Virus record (IMG/VR): IMGVR_UViG_3300033073_001074
Coordinates: 1 to 64,000 of that record
From: a virus
Lineage: Duplodnaviria > Caudoviricetes
Strand: one strand, 5' to 3'
DNA length: 64,000 nt
Shown in pieces: positions 9,422 to 17,748 of this stretch. The translations under genes and the position numbers were made by a program. Under the pieces are notes generated by a model that worked only from the letters and a program-made list of their open reading frames with translations, was not told the DNA's origin and searched no databases. Within the stretch, counting starts at the first letter, position 1; each line of letters opens with the position of its first letter.

Positions 9422-9982
9422 ATGATGAATATAGTACAAGTTGGTGCAAATGCCGGTAATGACGATGCTTATAACTATATTATTAATAATATTCATAATA
9501 TAAATACAGTAGTATTGATAGAACCACTAGAAAAACATAATGAAATTTTAAAAGATCAGTATAGTTCTGTAGCTAATTTATATATAGAAAATATAGCAAT
9601 AGTAGATAATCCAGAATTATCCACAATTAGATTTTTTATAGCTCCAGAAGAAGGTCAGGTATCTGCTCTTGGATTGGATCATTTAGTTAAACACAACGTG
9701 CATTACACTCAGATTCAATCAGTAGAAATACCATGCTCCACTCTTAATAAAATATTTGACAAATACAATTTAATTGATATTGATTATCTTTTTATTGATG
9801 CAGAAGGATTTGATGATAAGATTATCACATCTATAGATTTTAATAAATACAATATATCAAAAATAGAATATGAAAACCTACATATTGATAATTCGAAATT
9901 AGAAATGTTTCTATCTAATTTAGGATATAAAATTACTCATGGAACCGGATATAATGGATGGTCTAACAGGGCAAGCAAATGA
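9422..9982 (+). CDS. FkbM family methyltransferase
   Basis: IVQVGANAG...VVLIEPL...IENIAI...STLNKIFDKYNLIDIDYLFIDAEGFD. Confidence 0.85.
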   Translation: MMNIVQVGANAGNDDAYNYIINNIHNINTVVLIEPLEKHNEILKDQYSSVANLYIENIAIVDNPELSTIRFFIAPEEGQVSALGLDHLVKHNVHYTQIQSVEIPCSTLNKIFDKYNLIDIDYLFIDAEGFDDKIITSIDFNKYNISKIEYENLHIDNSKLEMFLSNLGYKITHGTGYNGWSNRASK

Positions 9983-10695
9983 AAGTTGCATTAATCTGTA
10001 TAGCAAAAAATGAAGATAATTATATAGACGAATGGTTAAAATATCATAAAAAAATAGGTTTTGATAAAATATTCATATACGAGAATAATTGGAGATGCCC
10101 TCCAAATATAAATTATGATTTTGTGGAAAAAACAGAGTTTGACGGTGAAATCCAACAGATTCCGGCATATAATCATTTCATTTATTATAAATCTCATGAT
10201 TTTGATTGGGTGTGCTTTTTAGATGTGGATGAGTTCATAGTATTGAAACAACACTCAAACATCAAAGATTTCCTAAATAATTATAATCACTTAAAATGCA
10301 TAGCTCTAAATTGGTTATTTTTTGGAAATGATGATCTTAAATTTAACGGGGAATACTCATTAATAAAAAGATTTACCAAAAGACAAGCGGAACTCAATAA
10401 GCATATTAAATGTATATTTAAACCAAGTAAAAAAATAGGAATGAATATACATCAACCAAATATGTCATGGGTTGATATGGAAAACAATGAAGGCAATGGG
10501 CCGTTTTCAAATTGTAAAAATGATTCGGTGGCTTTTGTTGCGCATTTCTTTTGTAAAACGCCAGAAGAATTTAACGAAAAGATTAATAGAGGAAGAGCAG
10601 ATATGAATCGACCAAGATCACTAGAAGACTATACAGAAGGAAATAATAATATAGTCGAAGATTTATCAGTATATAATTTTATGTATGGTAACTAA
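9979..10695 (+). CDS. glycosyltransferase (GT2/GT92-like)
   Basis: ALICIAKNEDNYIDEWLKYHKKIGFDKIFIYENN...WVCFLDVDEFI...LNWLFFG. Confidence 0.8.
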   Translation: MKVALICIAKNEDNYIDEWLKYHKKIGFDKIFIYENNWRCPPNINYDFVEKTEFDGEIQQIPAYNHFIYYKSHDFDWVCFLDVDEFIVLKQHSNIKDFLNNYNHLKCIALNWLFFGNDDLKFNGEYSLIKRFTKRQAELNKHIKCIFKPSKKIGMNIHQPNMSWVDMENNEGNGPFSNCKNDSVAFVAHFFCKTPEEFNEKINRGRADMNRPRSLEDYTEGNNNIVEDLSVYNFMYGN

Positions 10696-10699
10696 ATTA

Positions 10700-10710
10700 G
10701 TGTATATAAT
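10700..10710 (+). promoter_or_regulatory. candidate phage-specific promoter motif GTGTATATAAT
   Basis: Intergenic, about 45 nt upstream of the next start; same core as 1533, 18220, 49462. Confidence 0.45.
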
Positions 10711-10752
10711 AATAGTTAAGCCACCCTTACCCTTAATCTAGGAGACTTGATA

Positions 10753-11187
10753 GTGAAAAAAGATTATTTCAAAGCAATGACAGAATATACAGAAGCAGAA
10801 AAGAAACCAGTAACAGATTTTGAAAAATATGTCCCAACTAAACCGGGACGCAAGCAAAATCTACACGAACACTATTTTACTGGTGATAAATCAGACGAAG
10901 ATCCAAATGAAAAAAATTCAATTCTTCCGGGTAAAGCCGAAGAAGATAAGGATAAGTGGAACGATATTCAAAAAAAAAAGGACAGTAATAAAATGAACGT
11001 GGTAGGCCCGCCTCCATTTTCTGATATTCCCGATGCGAGAATGACAACCATGTCTGGTGATAAACCGGGACTTTGGGAGAATATTCGTAAAAAGAAAGAA
11101 CGTGAAGGTAAAAATTACAAGCCTGCCAAGCCGGGCGATCCAGATCGTCCAGATCCTGAAGCATTGAAAAAAGCACAATCTTCATAA
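10753..11187 (+). CDS. charged hypothetical protein with a GLW.NIR.K phage module
   Basis: GGAG at 10741-10744 favours GTG 10753; K/D/P-rich; KPGLWENIRKKKEREGKNYKPAKPGDPDRP; contains an A10 run at 10970-10979. Confidence 0.65.
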   Translation: MKKDYFKAMTEYTEAEKKPVTDFEKYVPTKPGRKQNLHEHYFTGDKSDEDPNEKNSILPGKAEEDKDKWNDIQKKKDSNKMNVVGPPPFSDIPDARMTTMSGDKPGLWENIRKKKEREGKNYKPAKPGDPDRPDPEALKKAQSS

Positions 11188-11196
11188 AATCTTCAC

Positions 11197-11224
11197 TTGA
11201 CATCTGGGTGTCCGAAGGTATAAT
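11197..11224 (+). promoter_or_regulatory. sigma70 consensus promoter for the DUF1559 gene
   Basis: TTGACA(11197-11202), 16 nt, TATAAT(11219-11224), intergenic. Confidence 0.8.
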
Positions 11225-11233
11225 AATATTGTC

Positions 11234-11266
11234 GAGGGGCGGCGAATGGAGTCGCCCTTCTTATTT
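11234..11266 (+). other. GC-rich stem-loop at the predicted 5' end of the DUF1559 mRNA
   Basis: GAGGGGCGGC / GTCGCCCTTC 10-bp stem (2 G-U pairs), loop GAATGGA, followed by TTATTT. Confidence 0.55.
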
Positions 11267-11289
11267 GAAAGAACTATGAGAGAGAAAAA

Positions 11290-12387
11290 ATGAAGAATCA
11301 AAAGAAAGCCTTTACCCTGATCGAACTGTTGGTTGTCATCGCAATTATTGCGGTGCTAATTTCCCTTCTGCTCCCTGCCGTACAATCTGCCCGTGAAGCC
11401 GCTCGTCGCTCACAATGTACAAATAACCTGAAGCAAGTTGGATTAGCTGCACACAATTTTGAAAGCATTAGAGGTACTTTTCCAAGATCGGGCGAACATA
11501 ATTTGCCAGTAAATTCGCAAATGTATAAAACGCAAGATTTTCATAGTGCATTTACTATGATCCTAGCGACTATTGAACAAGGCAATGCCTACAATCAGTT
11601 TAACCTACAAATTCCATATAATTTTGCAGGTAATGCAACTGTAAGTTCAACGGTAATTAGCACATTTCTTTGTCCAACAAATGCCCTTGAGTCAGACAGA
11701 AACAGTGGCAAAGATAGCATTGGCTTTGGATGTATTGACTATGCAACAGCGCCTTACACCGAAATCATGCCTAATGGCACAACTAAGTGGCAAGCTGGTT
11801 ATGTCGCTCCAGTTCCAGAACCCGGAGCTTTAACAGGAACATCATATGCGGTTTCAGCTTACGCTCAATATAATTGTAATGGATGCTCGTCATCTAAGAC
11901 ATATCAAATTGACCCAGCAAAAGTTCTATCTGGAGCAGTTGATGTTTTCCAAGGGGTTCCCATTTCTGCAATCACAGACGGCACTTCGAATACTGCAATG
12001 TTTTATGAGGATACTGGTCGATCTTCAAGAATGCAAGGTAATGGTAATTACGCAGCCCCACCAACCGATTATTTGCCCGACTTGAATGCTCCAGCACCTT
12101 ATGTTCAAGGCGCTCGTCGCTCATGGAGATGGGGCGATCCTGACAATGCCGCTGGTGTTTCAAGTGGAGTTAACAATAATAAGACCGCTGGATTTGGAGC
12201 TGGTTGTGATTGGGGTGTTCATGATTGCGGCCCAAATAATGAGATTTTCTCATGGCATCCGGGTGGAGCTAATGTTTGTATGAGTGATGGATCTGTACGA
12301 TTTATTAAAGAAAGTACTGCAACGTCAGTTATTCGATCTTTAATTACTCGTGCTGGCGGCGAAGTGATTTCCGCAGATTCCTATTGA
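11290..12387 (+). CDS. DUF1559 domain protein with prepilin-type N-terminal cleavage/methylation site and H-X9-DG motif
   Basis: [53 protein letters not shown] at the N-terminus; [20 protein letters not shown] at the C-terminus. Confidence 0.93.
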   Translation: MKNQKKAFTLIELLVVIAIIAVLISLLLPAVQSAREAARRSQCTNNLKQVGLAAHNFESIRGTFPRSGEHNLPVNSQMYKTQDFHSAFTMILATIEQGNAYNQFNLQIPYNFAGNATVSSTVISTFLCPTNALESDRNSGKDSIGFGCIDYATAPYTEIMPNGTTKWQAGYVAPVPEPGALTGTSYAVSAYAQYNCNGCSSSKTYQIDPAKVLSGAVDVFQGVPISAITDGTSNTAMFYEDTGRSSRMQGNGNYAAPPTDYLPDLNAPAPYVQGARRSWRWGDPDNAAGVSSGVNNNKTAGFGAGCDWGVHDCGPNNEIFSWHPGGANVCMSDGSVRFIKESTATSVIRSLITRAGGEVISADSY

Positions 12388-12412
12388 CAAATAATGCACT
12401 CAGTGCTATAAT
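12384..12412 (+). promoter_or_regulatory. perfect extended sigma70 promoter overlapping the DUF1559 stop codon
   Basis: TTGACA(12384-12389, contains the TGA stop), 17 nt, TATAAT(12407-12412), TG at 12404-12405; the spacer holds the palindrome GCACT-C-AGTGC. Confidence 0.85.
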
Positions 12413-12417
12413 AAAAG

Positions 12418-12444
12418 GAGCCGCCCCATTTCGGGTGGCTCTTT
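12418..12444 (+). terminator. intrinsic terminator-like hairpin after DUF1559 (also the 5' hairpin of the next transcript)
   Basis: GAGCCGCCC / GGGTGGCTC stem, loop CATTTC, only a short T tract. Confidence 0.55.
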
Positions 12445-12465
12445 CCGCATATACAGAGGTAAATA

Positions 12466-12837
12466 ATGATTGATTTCTTAAAACAAGATGAAATTTTTGT
12501 CTTTGGTAGCAATATTCAAGGACGACATGGTGCAGGAGCAGCTAAGCAAGCTATGCAATGGGGCGCAATTTATGGTAAGCCATCTGGTAGGCAGGGTCAA
12601 ACATACGCTATCATAACAAAAGATCTCAGGGATAATTCATTTGTAGGCTGGGATTTTGTCAGAGAACAACTGGCAATATTGATGAAGTACGCGCATATAA
12701 ATGATGATCTTACTTTTTTGCTAACTCCTATTGGAACTGGTCTTGCTGGTCAAACAATTGAAGACTTGGAGCATAATATTAGAGATTTTTACTTTCCAGA
12801 TAATATTATAAAGATATGGGAAAATGATAATGATTGA
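12466..12837 (+). CDS. A1S_2505-like phage non-structural protein (possible macro-like fold)
   Basis: EIFVFGSNIQGRHGAGAAKQA..WGAIYG...GRQGQTYAIIT...FLLTPIGTGLAG. Confidence 0.7.
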   Translation: MIDFLKQDEIFVFGSNIQGRHGAGAAKQAMQWGAIYGKPSGRQGQTYAIITKDLRDNSFVGWDFVREQLAILMKYAHINDDLTFLLTPIGTGLAGQTIEDLEHNIRDFYFPDNIIKIWENDND

Positions 12838-13027
12838 ATATGTACCAATCAGAATAGCAAAAACAACTCAGCAAATCCTAAGAGAAGTTTATAAAGATAT
12901 AGATATAAATGAATCTCGATTATCTTTAATTGAAAGAAGTTTACTTGGATTGCCACCAGAAAATCACAAAGATATACTAGATCAAATTTTTGAGGAATAT
13001 AATAATGCTACTACAAGCTCCAATTAA
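12824..13027 (+). CDS. hypothetical protein
   Basis: 67 aa ORF overlapping both neighbours in operon style. Confidence 0.55.
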   Translation: MIMIEYVPIRIAKTTQQILREVYKDIDINESRLSLIERSLLGLPPENHKDILDQIFEEYNNATTSSN

Positions 13028-14069
13028 CAGCTTAGGATATGGTGTTGCGGGATATAATATTGCAAAACAATTAGGAAAGAAGAAGGGTGTTGAAGACTTT
13101 ACTCTTTTTCCCATTGGTCAACCTGAACCAGAACTGTATGAAGAACTATTAAAATATGACTGGCGAAATAAAGAAGAAGAATTAAGTTTATCTGATATAT
13201 GCTTGAAAATTTGGCATCAAAATGGATTACATGAGATGGCTGGAAGAGGAGTTCGAATCGGTTTTCCTATTTTTGAACTCAACAGTTTTACAAATGAAGA
13301 AGAGTTAAGTATTAGTAGTTGTGATGGAATATTTGTTTGCTCAGAGTGGGCTAAGGCAGTTATTGCACATGAAACAAGAATAAATTATCATTGTATTAAA
13401 GTTGTTCCACTTGGAGTTGACCGTTCTATCTTCAACGAGAATAACAATGTAAAACGCCCAGCTACAATCTTCTTTAATTGTGGTAAATGGGAAGTTCGCA
13501 AAGGTCACGATATCATCAAAGAATGTTTTGAAAAGGCGTTTAGCCAAAATGATAATGTTGAACTTTGGATGATGTGCGAAAATCCATTCCTAGGTGAAAA
13601 AAATAACGATTGGATTAATTATTACAGGTCTTCCAGTCTTGCAAATAAAATCCGTTTCATCCCAAGACAAAAAAGTCAGCGGGATGTGTATAATATTATG
13701 AGACAAGTTGATGTTGGAGTTTTTCCAGTTAGAGCAGAAGGTTGGAATTTAGAGCTTCTTGAACTGCTATCGTGTGGTAAACATGTAATTACTACAGATT
13801 ATTCTGGTCACACAGAATTTACAAATAGAAAAAATGCAAGAATCATTAATACTGGTAAGTTAGAACCTGCTCATGATGGCATATGGTTTCATGGTCAAGG
13901 CAATTGGGCTAAACTTGGCGACCCACAAAAGGATCAACTTATTACTCATATGAGAGAACTTCATCAACAAAAGAAAGATAGTGAATTGGATATTAATTTA
14001 GCAGGAATTGAAACTGGTATTAAATTTTCTTGGGAAAATACGGCAGAGGAGATATTAAATGGGCTTTGA
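13005..14069 (+). CDS. glycosyltransferase family 4 (GT-B)
   Basis: Start moved to ATG 13005; GKWEVRKGHDII; EGWNLELLE EX7E signature; ITTDYSGHTEF. Confidence 0.85.
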   Translation: MLLQAPINSLGYGVAGYNIAKQLGKKKGVEDFTLFPIGQPEPELYEELLKYDWRNKEEELSLSDICLKIWHQNGLHEMAGRGVRIGFPIFELNSFTNEEELSISSCDGIFVCSEWAKAVIAHETRINYHCIKVVPLGVDRSIFNENNNVKRPATIFFNCGKWEVRKGHDIIKECFEKAFSQNDNVELWMMCENPFLGEKNNDWINYYRSSSLANKIRFIPRQKSQRDVYNIMRQVDVGVFPVRAEGWNLELLELLSCGKHVITTDYSGHTEFTNRKNARIINTGKLEPAHDGIWFHGQGNWAKLGDPQKDQLITHMRELHQQKKDSELDINLAGIETGIKFSWENTAEEILNGL

Positions 14070-14988
14070 AACACCAGAAGATATTCTAAAAGAATATGAA
14101 AATGGATTACAGGCGGCTGTGTGTAATGCTGTAGACATGGCTAGGCTTATGGAAGAACTGCCAAGACCTTTGTTTGGCGCAATTGGTAATGAATTATATG
14201 GAACAGGGAAAGGCTCTTTAGCTTTGCCTTATAAGGCGATACAGTATTTCTTTCCTAGTTTTGGTGCAGATGAATCGCAAACTACAGGCGATTGCGTATC
14301 ACATGCAACACGTAATGCGGTTGATGTAACAAGATGTTATGAAATTCTTTACGGGGGAGAAAAGGAATCCTTTATCGCTAGAGGTGCTACTGAGCCAATT
14401 TATGGTTGTCGTGGACATGGTGGACAGGGCATGGAATGTTCACAAGCTGCTAGATTTGTTAGTCTAACTGGTGGATTTTTAGCAAGACAAAAATATGATA
14501 CGATTGATCTATCGATTTACGATTCAAGAATTGGAACCGCATGGGGTAGTAGAGGCATTCCACAGGCAGTTATTAATCAGTGTAAAGAGCATAAAATAGA
14601 AACAGTAACCACTGTTACAACTATTGAGCAAGCTAGGGATCTTCTGGCAAATGGTTATGCTTTATCAGTTTGCTCAGATTATGGATTCTCTAGTGTCAGA
14701 GATAAATACGGTATTGCAGATCCAAGAGGTTCATGGTCACATGCTATGGCATGGATTGGATGCGATGATACCCACGAAAGATTAAATGAAACTTTATTTC
14801 TTGTTCAAAATAGCTGGGGAGTTTGGAACTCTGGACCAAAATATTATGAGCAACCAGATGGAAGTTTTTGGATTCGTCAAAGCGTAGCTGAAAGAATGAT
14901 TGCTTCCGGAGCAGCTTTTGCTTATAGTAGATTCAAAGGCTTCGTCCGTAAGATGGATTGGACTAGAATTAAGGAGGTATATGCATGA
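14059..14988 (+). CDS. papain-like cysteine peptidase (C1-like)
   Basis: SQTTGDCVSH (oxyanion Q and catalytic C), WSHAMAWIG (H), LVQNSWG (N), DGSFWI. Confidence 0.8.
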   Translation: MGFETPEDILKEYENGLQAAVCNAVDMARLMEELPRPLFGAIGNELYGTGKGSLALPYKAIQYFFPSFGADESQTTGDCVSHATRNAVDVTRCYEILYGGEKESFIARGATEPIYGCRGHGGQGMECSQAARFVSLTGGFLARQKYDTIDLSIYDSRIGTAWGSRGIPQAVINQCKEHKIETVTTVTTIEQARDLLANGYALSVCSDYGFSSVRDKYGIADPRGSWSHAMAWIGCDDTHERLNETLFLVQNSWGVWNSGPKYYEQPDGSFWIRQSVAERMIASGAAFAYSRFKGFVRKMDWTRIKEVYA

Positions 14989-15326
14989 AAAAATCAATAG
15001 CTTTAGCGGTATATTTGTTTGGAGCTTTGAGTTGTTTGCTATATTTAGATTATAAATCAAATCAACAAGAAGTTCAACTCTACGGATCAAGAAATGTAGA
15101 AGCAGAACTTAAGATAAATGTTGATAGAGCAAATCTAGTTCTTGACACTGTAGAGAAAAAATATATCAAAAAGGAGGTTGCTCCAAAACCTAAGCCAGAG
15201 CCAAATGTGTGTAAATGTAATGGCACAGGTTATATTTTACAGCCAGATGGTAATAAAAGTCAATGTCAATGCGCTTCAACTCCTGAAGGATGCAAGTGTC
15301 AACCAAAGACAGAGGTTCCACAATGA
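14985..15326 (+). CDS. membrane-anchored protein with Cys-rich C-terminus
   Basis: N-terminal hydrophobic helix; CKCNGTGYILQPDGNKSQCQC...CKC. Confidence 0.65.
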   Translation: MKKSIALAVYLFGALSCLLYLDYKSNQQEVQLYGSRNVEAELKINVDRANLVLDTVEKKYIKKEVAPKPKPEPNVCKCNGTGYILQPDGNKSQCQCASTPEGCKCQPKTEVPQ

Positions 15327-15667
15327 GCGATATTGAAGAATTTGCACAGAATGTTGCCGCAGATCTTCCAAATGAAGATGGAAAATACGCATTTGATTTA
15401 GGATTAATAATTATAATAGGCTCAATTATAGTCAATGTGCTTCAATTATTAATGAAGTGTAATGTGTTTGGTAGAAAGTTAGAAGATAGGGCTAAAAATC
15501 CCGGCCCAATCGATCAAATTCTTTTAAGTAGAGCTATTAAAAAAGAATTACCACAAGAGTATGCTCATTTGAGGGATGATATTAAACAAGTTATCTTAAC
15601 AAAAATTCAATCTTTACCGACTGAAAAAATAAACAATATGGCTAAGGAGGCAAAAAATGCTGGATAA
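15323..15667 (+). CDS. hypothetical membrane protein
   Basis: Start ATG 15323 (ATGA overlap); TM segment LGLIIIIGSIIVNVLQLL. Confidence 0.65.
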   Translation: MSDIEEFAQNVAADLPNEDGKYAFDLGLIIIIGSIIVNVLQLLMKCNVFGRKLEDRAKNPGPIDQILLSRAIKKELPQEYAHLRDDIKQVILTKIQSLPTEKINNMAKEAKNAG

Positions 15668-15851
15668 ATTTAAGAATTTAACAAAGTCGCGTCGTTTTTG
15701 GGTTACGATTTCAACAGTAGTTGTTGTTGTTGCAAAAGAAGCTGGAATTGCTGATCTTGATCCAGCTCAGGTACAAAATATTGTTATTCTTGCAGCAACT
15801 TGGGTTTTAGGTGAATCATTACGATCTTCTGAAGGTCCGGTGACACAATGA
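15657..15851 (+). CDS. holin-like two-TM protein
   Basis: 64 aa; KSRRFWVTISTVVVVV...IVILAATWVLGE; an SRKFW-like N-terminus is typical of small holins. Confidence 0.5.
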   Translation: MLDKFKNLTKSRRFWVTISTVVVVVAKEAGIADLDPAQVQNIVILAATWVLGESLRSSEGPVTQ

Positions 15852-16138
15852 GTACTGCTCAGATTATCTTGGTTGCAATTGGATTATTGATTGTGATATC
15901 TTCGATTGATTTCAAATCACTATTCTCTTCTCTTAAAGAAAAAGAGACAACAGGTTATATTCCAGTTGCACCAAATCCGCCAGTGCAAGTTGCCATCGTT
16001 GATCCTAAAAATGATTTAGTTTCACTTGTGCAAAAATGGCAAGCCTTGAAGGATGCTTGTGATAAAAATAAACTAACAGAAGCATCAACAAAATTAGATG
16101 ACATATTTCCAATGTTGATTAAGGTGCAAAAATCATGA
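15848..16138 (+). CDS. membrane-anchored hypothetical protein
   Basis: N-terminal TM QIILVAIGLLIVISSI; ATGA coupling. Confidence 0.65.
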   Translation: MSTAQIILVAIGLLIVISSIDFKSLFSSLKEKETTGYIPVAPNPPVQVAIVDPKNDLVSLVQKWQALKDACDKNKLTEASTKLDDIFPMLIKVQKS

Positions 16139-16605
16139 CAAAAACCCAAAGACTATTTTTTGGTCTTGGTTTAGTATTTCTTGCATTTTTGATTGATTAT
16201 ATTCCTGTAAATAACAATCAAAAAATTGATAATGAATACGCAAAGTACTTGACATTAACCAAGCCAAGTGATACAATATATCAAGAAGTCAAAGACGTTA
16301 AATCAATTGTATCTGGCCCAGACGAAGTTTTTGATAGAGAGCTTATTGCTATATTCAATAATGAAATGGCAAAAAGACTTGAAACCTACAATGGAGTAAA
16401 TACACTAGCATTTGAAAACTATTATTATGATGCTGGAAAAATGTACTTCGAAGGTAGAATAGCAAAAAAATATGCTGGACTAGGAGATAAGCTATATCAA
16501 ATCATCCTGTCAACACTAGGTGATAATGAGACAGTCATCTCAAAAGATGAATTTGCAAAATTATCTGAAAAGATGAAGGGTATAGCTTGGGTCTTACTGA
16601 ATTGA
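16135..16605 (+). CDS. membrane-anchored hypothetical protein
   Basis: N-terminal TM LFFGLGLVFLAFLI; ATGA coupling. Confidence 0.65.
   Translation: MTKTQRLFFGLGLVFLAFLIDYIPVNNNQKIDNEYAKYLTLTKPSDTIYQEVKDVKSIVSGPDEVFDRELIAIFNNEMAKRLETYNGVNTLAFENYYYDAGKMYFEGRIAKKYAGLGDKLYQIILSTLGDNETVISKDEFAKLSEKMKGIAWVLLN
16249..16277 (+). promoter_or_regulatory. near-consensus sigma70 promoter inside a CDS
   Basis: TTGACA(16249-16254), 17 nt, TACAAT(16272-16277), TG at 16269-16270. Confidence 0.45.
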
Positions 16606-16613
16606 AATAATAG

Positions 16614-16635
16614 TGGGGGCTTCGGCCCCCATTTT
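16614..16635 (+). terminator. intrinsic terminator with UUCG tetraloop
   Basis: TGGGGGC-TTCG-GCCCCCA followed by TTTT. Confidence 0.85.
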
Positions 16636-16647
16636 AAGAGGTTGAAA

Positions 16648-17040
16648 ATGAAACAAGTAAAGTATTATACAAAAATATCACTTATACCGATTTTAACAGA
16701 TAAAAAGCATCATCAGTTATCGCCAGACTATAGAAAAATATTAGTAGATAACGATAAGAAAATCATATCAAAATATTTATCCACAGAAAAAACAATAGAA
16801 GTTCTGTTACGAGATTTGTATAAAGAATATTTGAGATATGATTATGACTGGAGTTTCAAAACTATATCATCAGCAAGAAAAGTAAATACTGAAATCGAAA
16901 TCTGTTATATCGCTCATATGCCATTTATAGATGGATTTAATAAATCGGGCACTATTATTAATATAAATGATCTACATGCTTTAGAGGATAAATATTATGG
17001 TCAAATCGCCACCTTCACAACCCCAGAATTCTTTAGATGA
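16648..17040 (+). CDS. hypothetical protein
   Basis: GAGG at 16638-16641 favours ATG 16648. Confidence 0.6.
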   Translation: MKQVKYYTKISLIPILTDKKHHQLSPDYRKILVDNDKKIISKYLSTEKTIEVLLRDLYKEYLRYDYDWSFKTISSARKVNTEIEICYIAHMPFIDGFNKSGTIININDLHALEDKYYGQIATFTTPEFFR

Positions 17041-17332
17041 AGACGCACCATTCGCTCCGAAATCATTCATTATATTCTGTTTGGACGAAGATGGGAATAT
17101 AGCTTTTGAGGCTTCTTGGGGAGAAACCACTGAAGATATCAAAAAATTTGCCACACTCTTGAAGAAAGTATCCTCTGGAGATTTTGATACGATGATACTA
17201 GAGCAGCTCAAAAACCAATCTAAAAATATTGAAGACGGTGCTAAAAAGTTTGCATTATTCAGCAAAAGTTTTAAAGAGTTAAATAAACCTTCCAATGTAG
17301 TTATAGATCCGACAGAAGTGGAGCTAAACTAA
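16997..17332 (+). CDS. hypothetical protein
   Basis: 111 aa ORF, TAATG coupling to the next gene. Confidence 0.6.
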   Translation: MVKSPPSQPQNSLDEDAPFAPKSFIIFCLDEDGNIAFEASWGETTEDIKKFATLLKKVSSGDFDTMILEQLKNQSKNIEDGAKKFALFSKSFKELNKPSNVVIDPTEVELN

Positions 17333-17748
17333 TGAAAAAAGTAATGTGGGAAAACTGGAATGAGAAAGAAAAAGAACTCTTTGACACATCATTTCAAGAT
17401 CAGTATTTATTAGATACAGCAGAAGAAGAAGATGAGCAAATATTATCAATGGCAAATAAAGATGATGGACATTTATTTCCACCAATTATTGACATGCAAC
17501 CACAAGTAATTCATACTCCATTCGGAGTTGTTCCATCAGATTCTATTTTAAAACCATCAGACAGATGGGAATGCTGGCTAGCGTATACTAATTTTGATCT
17601 TACTCATAAAATATCAGATAGAATTAAAATCATTAATGGAGTAGAAGCTCTTAAAATGATGAGTAGGTATACATTTTGTGTGGGTATTGGAAAACTGTTT
17701 AATCATACAAGAGTGAAGAAGGAAATTGAGGATGCAATCTGCAAATAA
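17332..17748 (+). CDS. hypothetical protein
   Basis: 138 aa ORF, operon-style overlaps. Confidence 0.65.
   Translation: MKKVMWENWNEKEKELFDTSFQDQYLLDTAEEEDEQILSMANKDDGHLFPPIIDMQPQVIHTPFGVVPSDSILKPSDRWECWLAYTNFDLTHKISDRIKIINGVEALKMMSRYTFCVGIGKLFNHTRVKKEIEDAICK

Noticed and set aside
10970-10979. A10 run as a programmed frameshift or phase-variation site
   Set aside because: It lies in a Lys-rich protein whose frame continues into a conserved module; no useful alternative-frame product was seen
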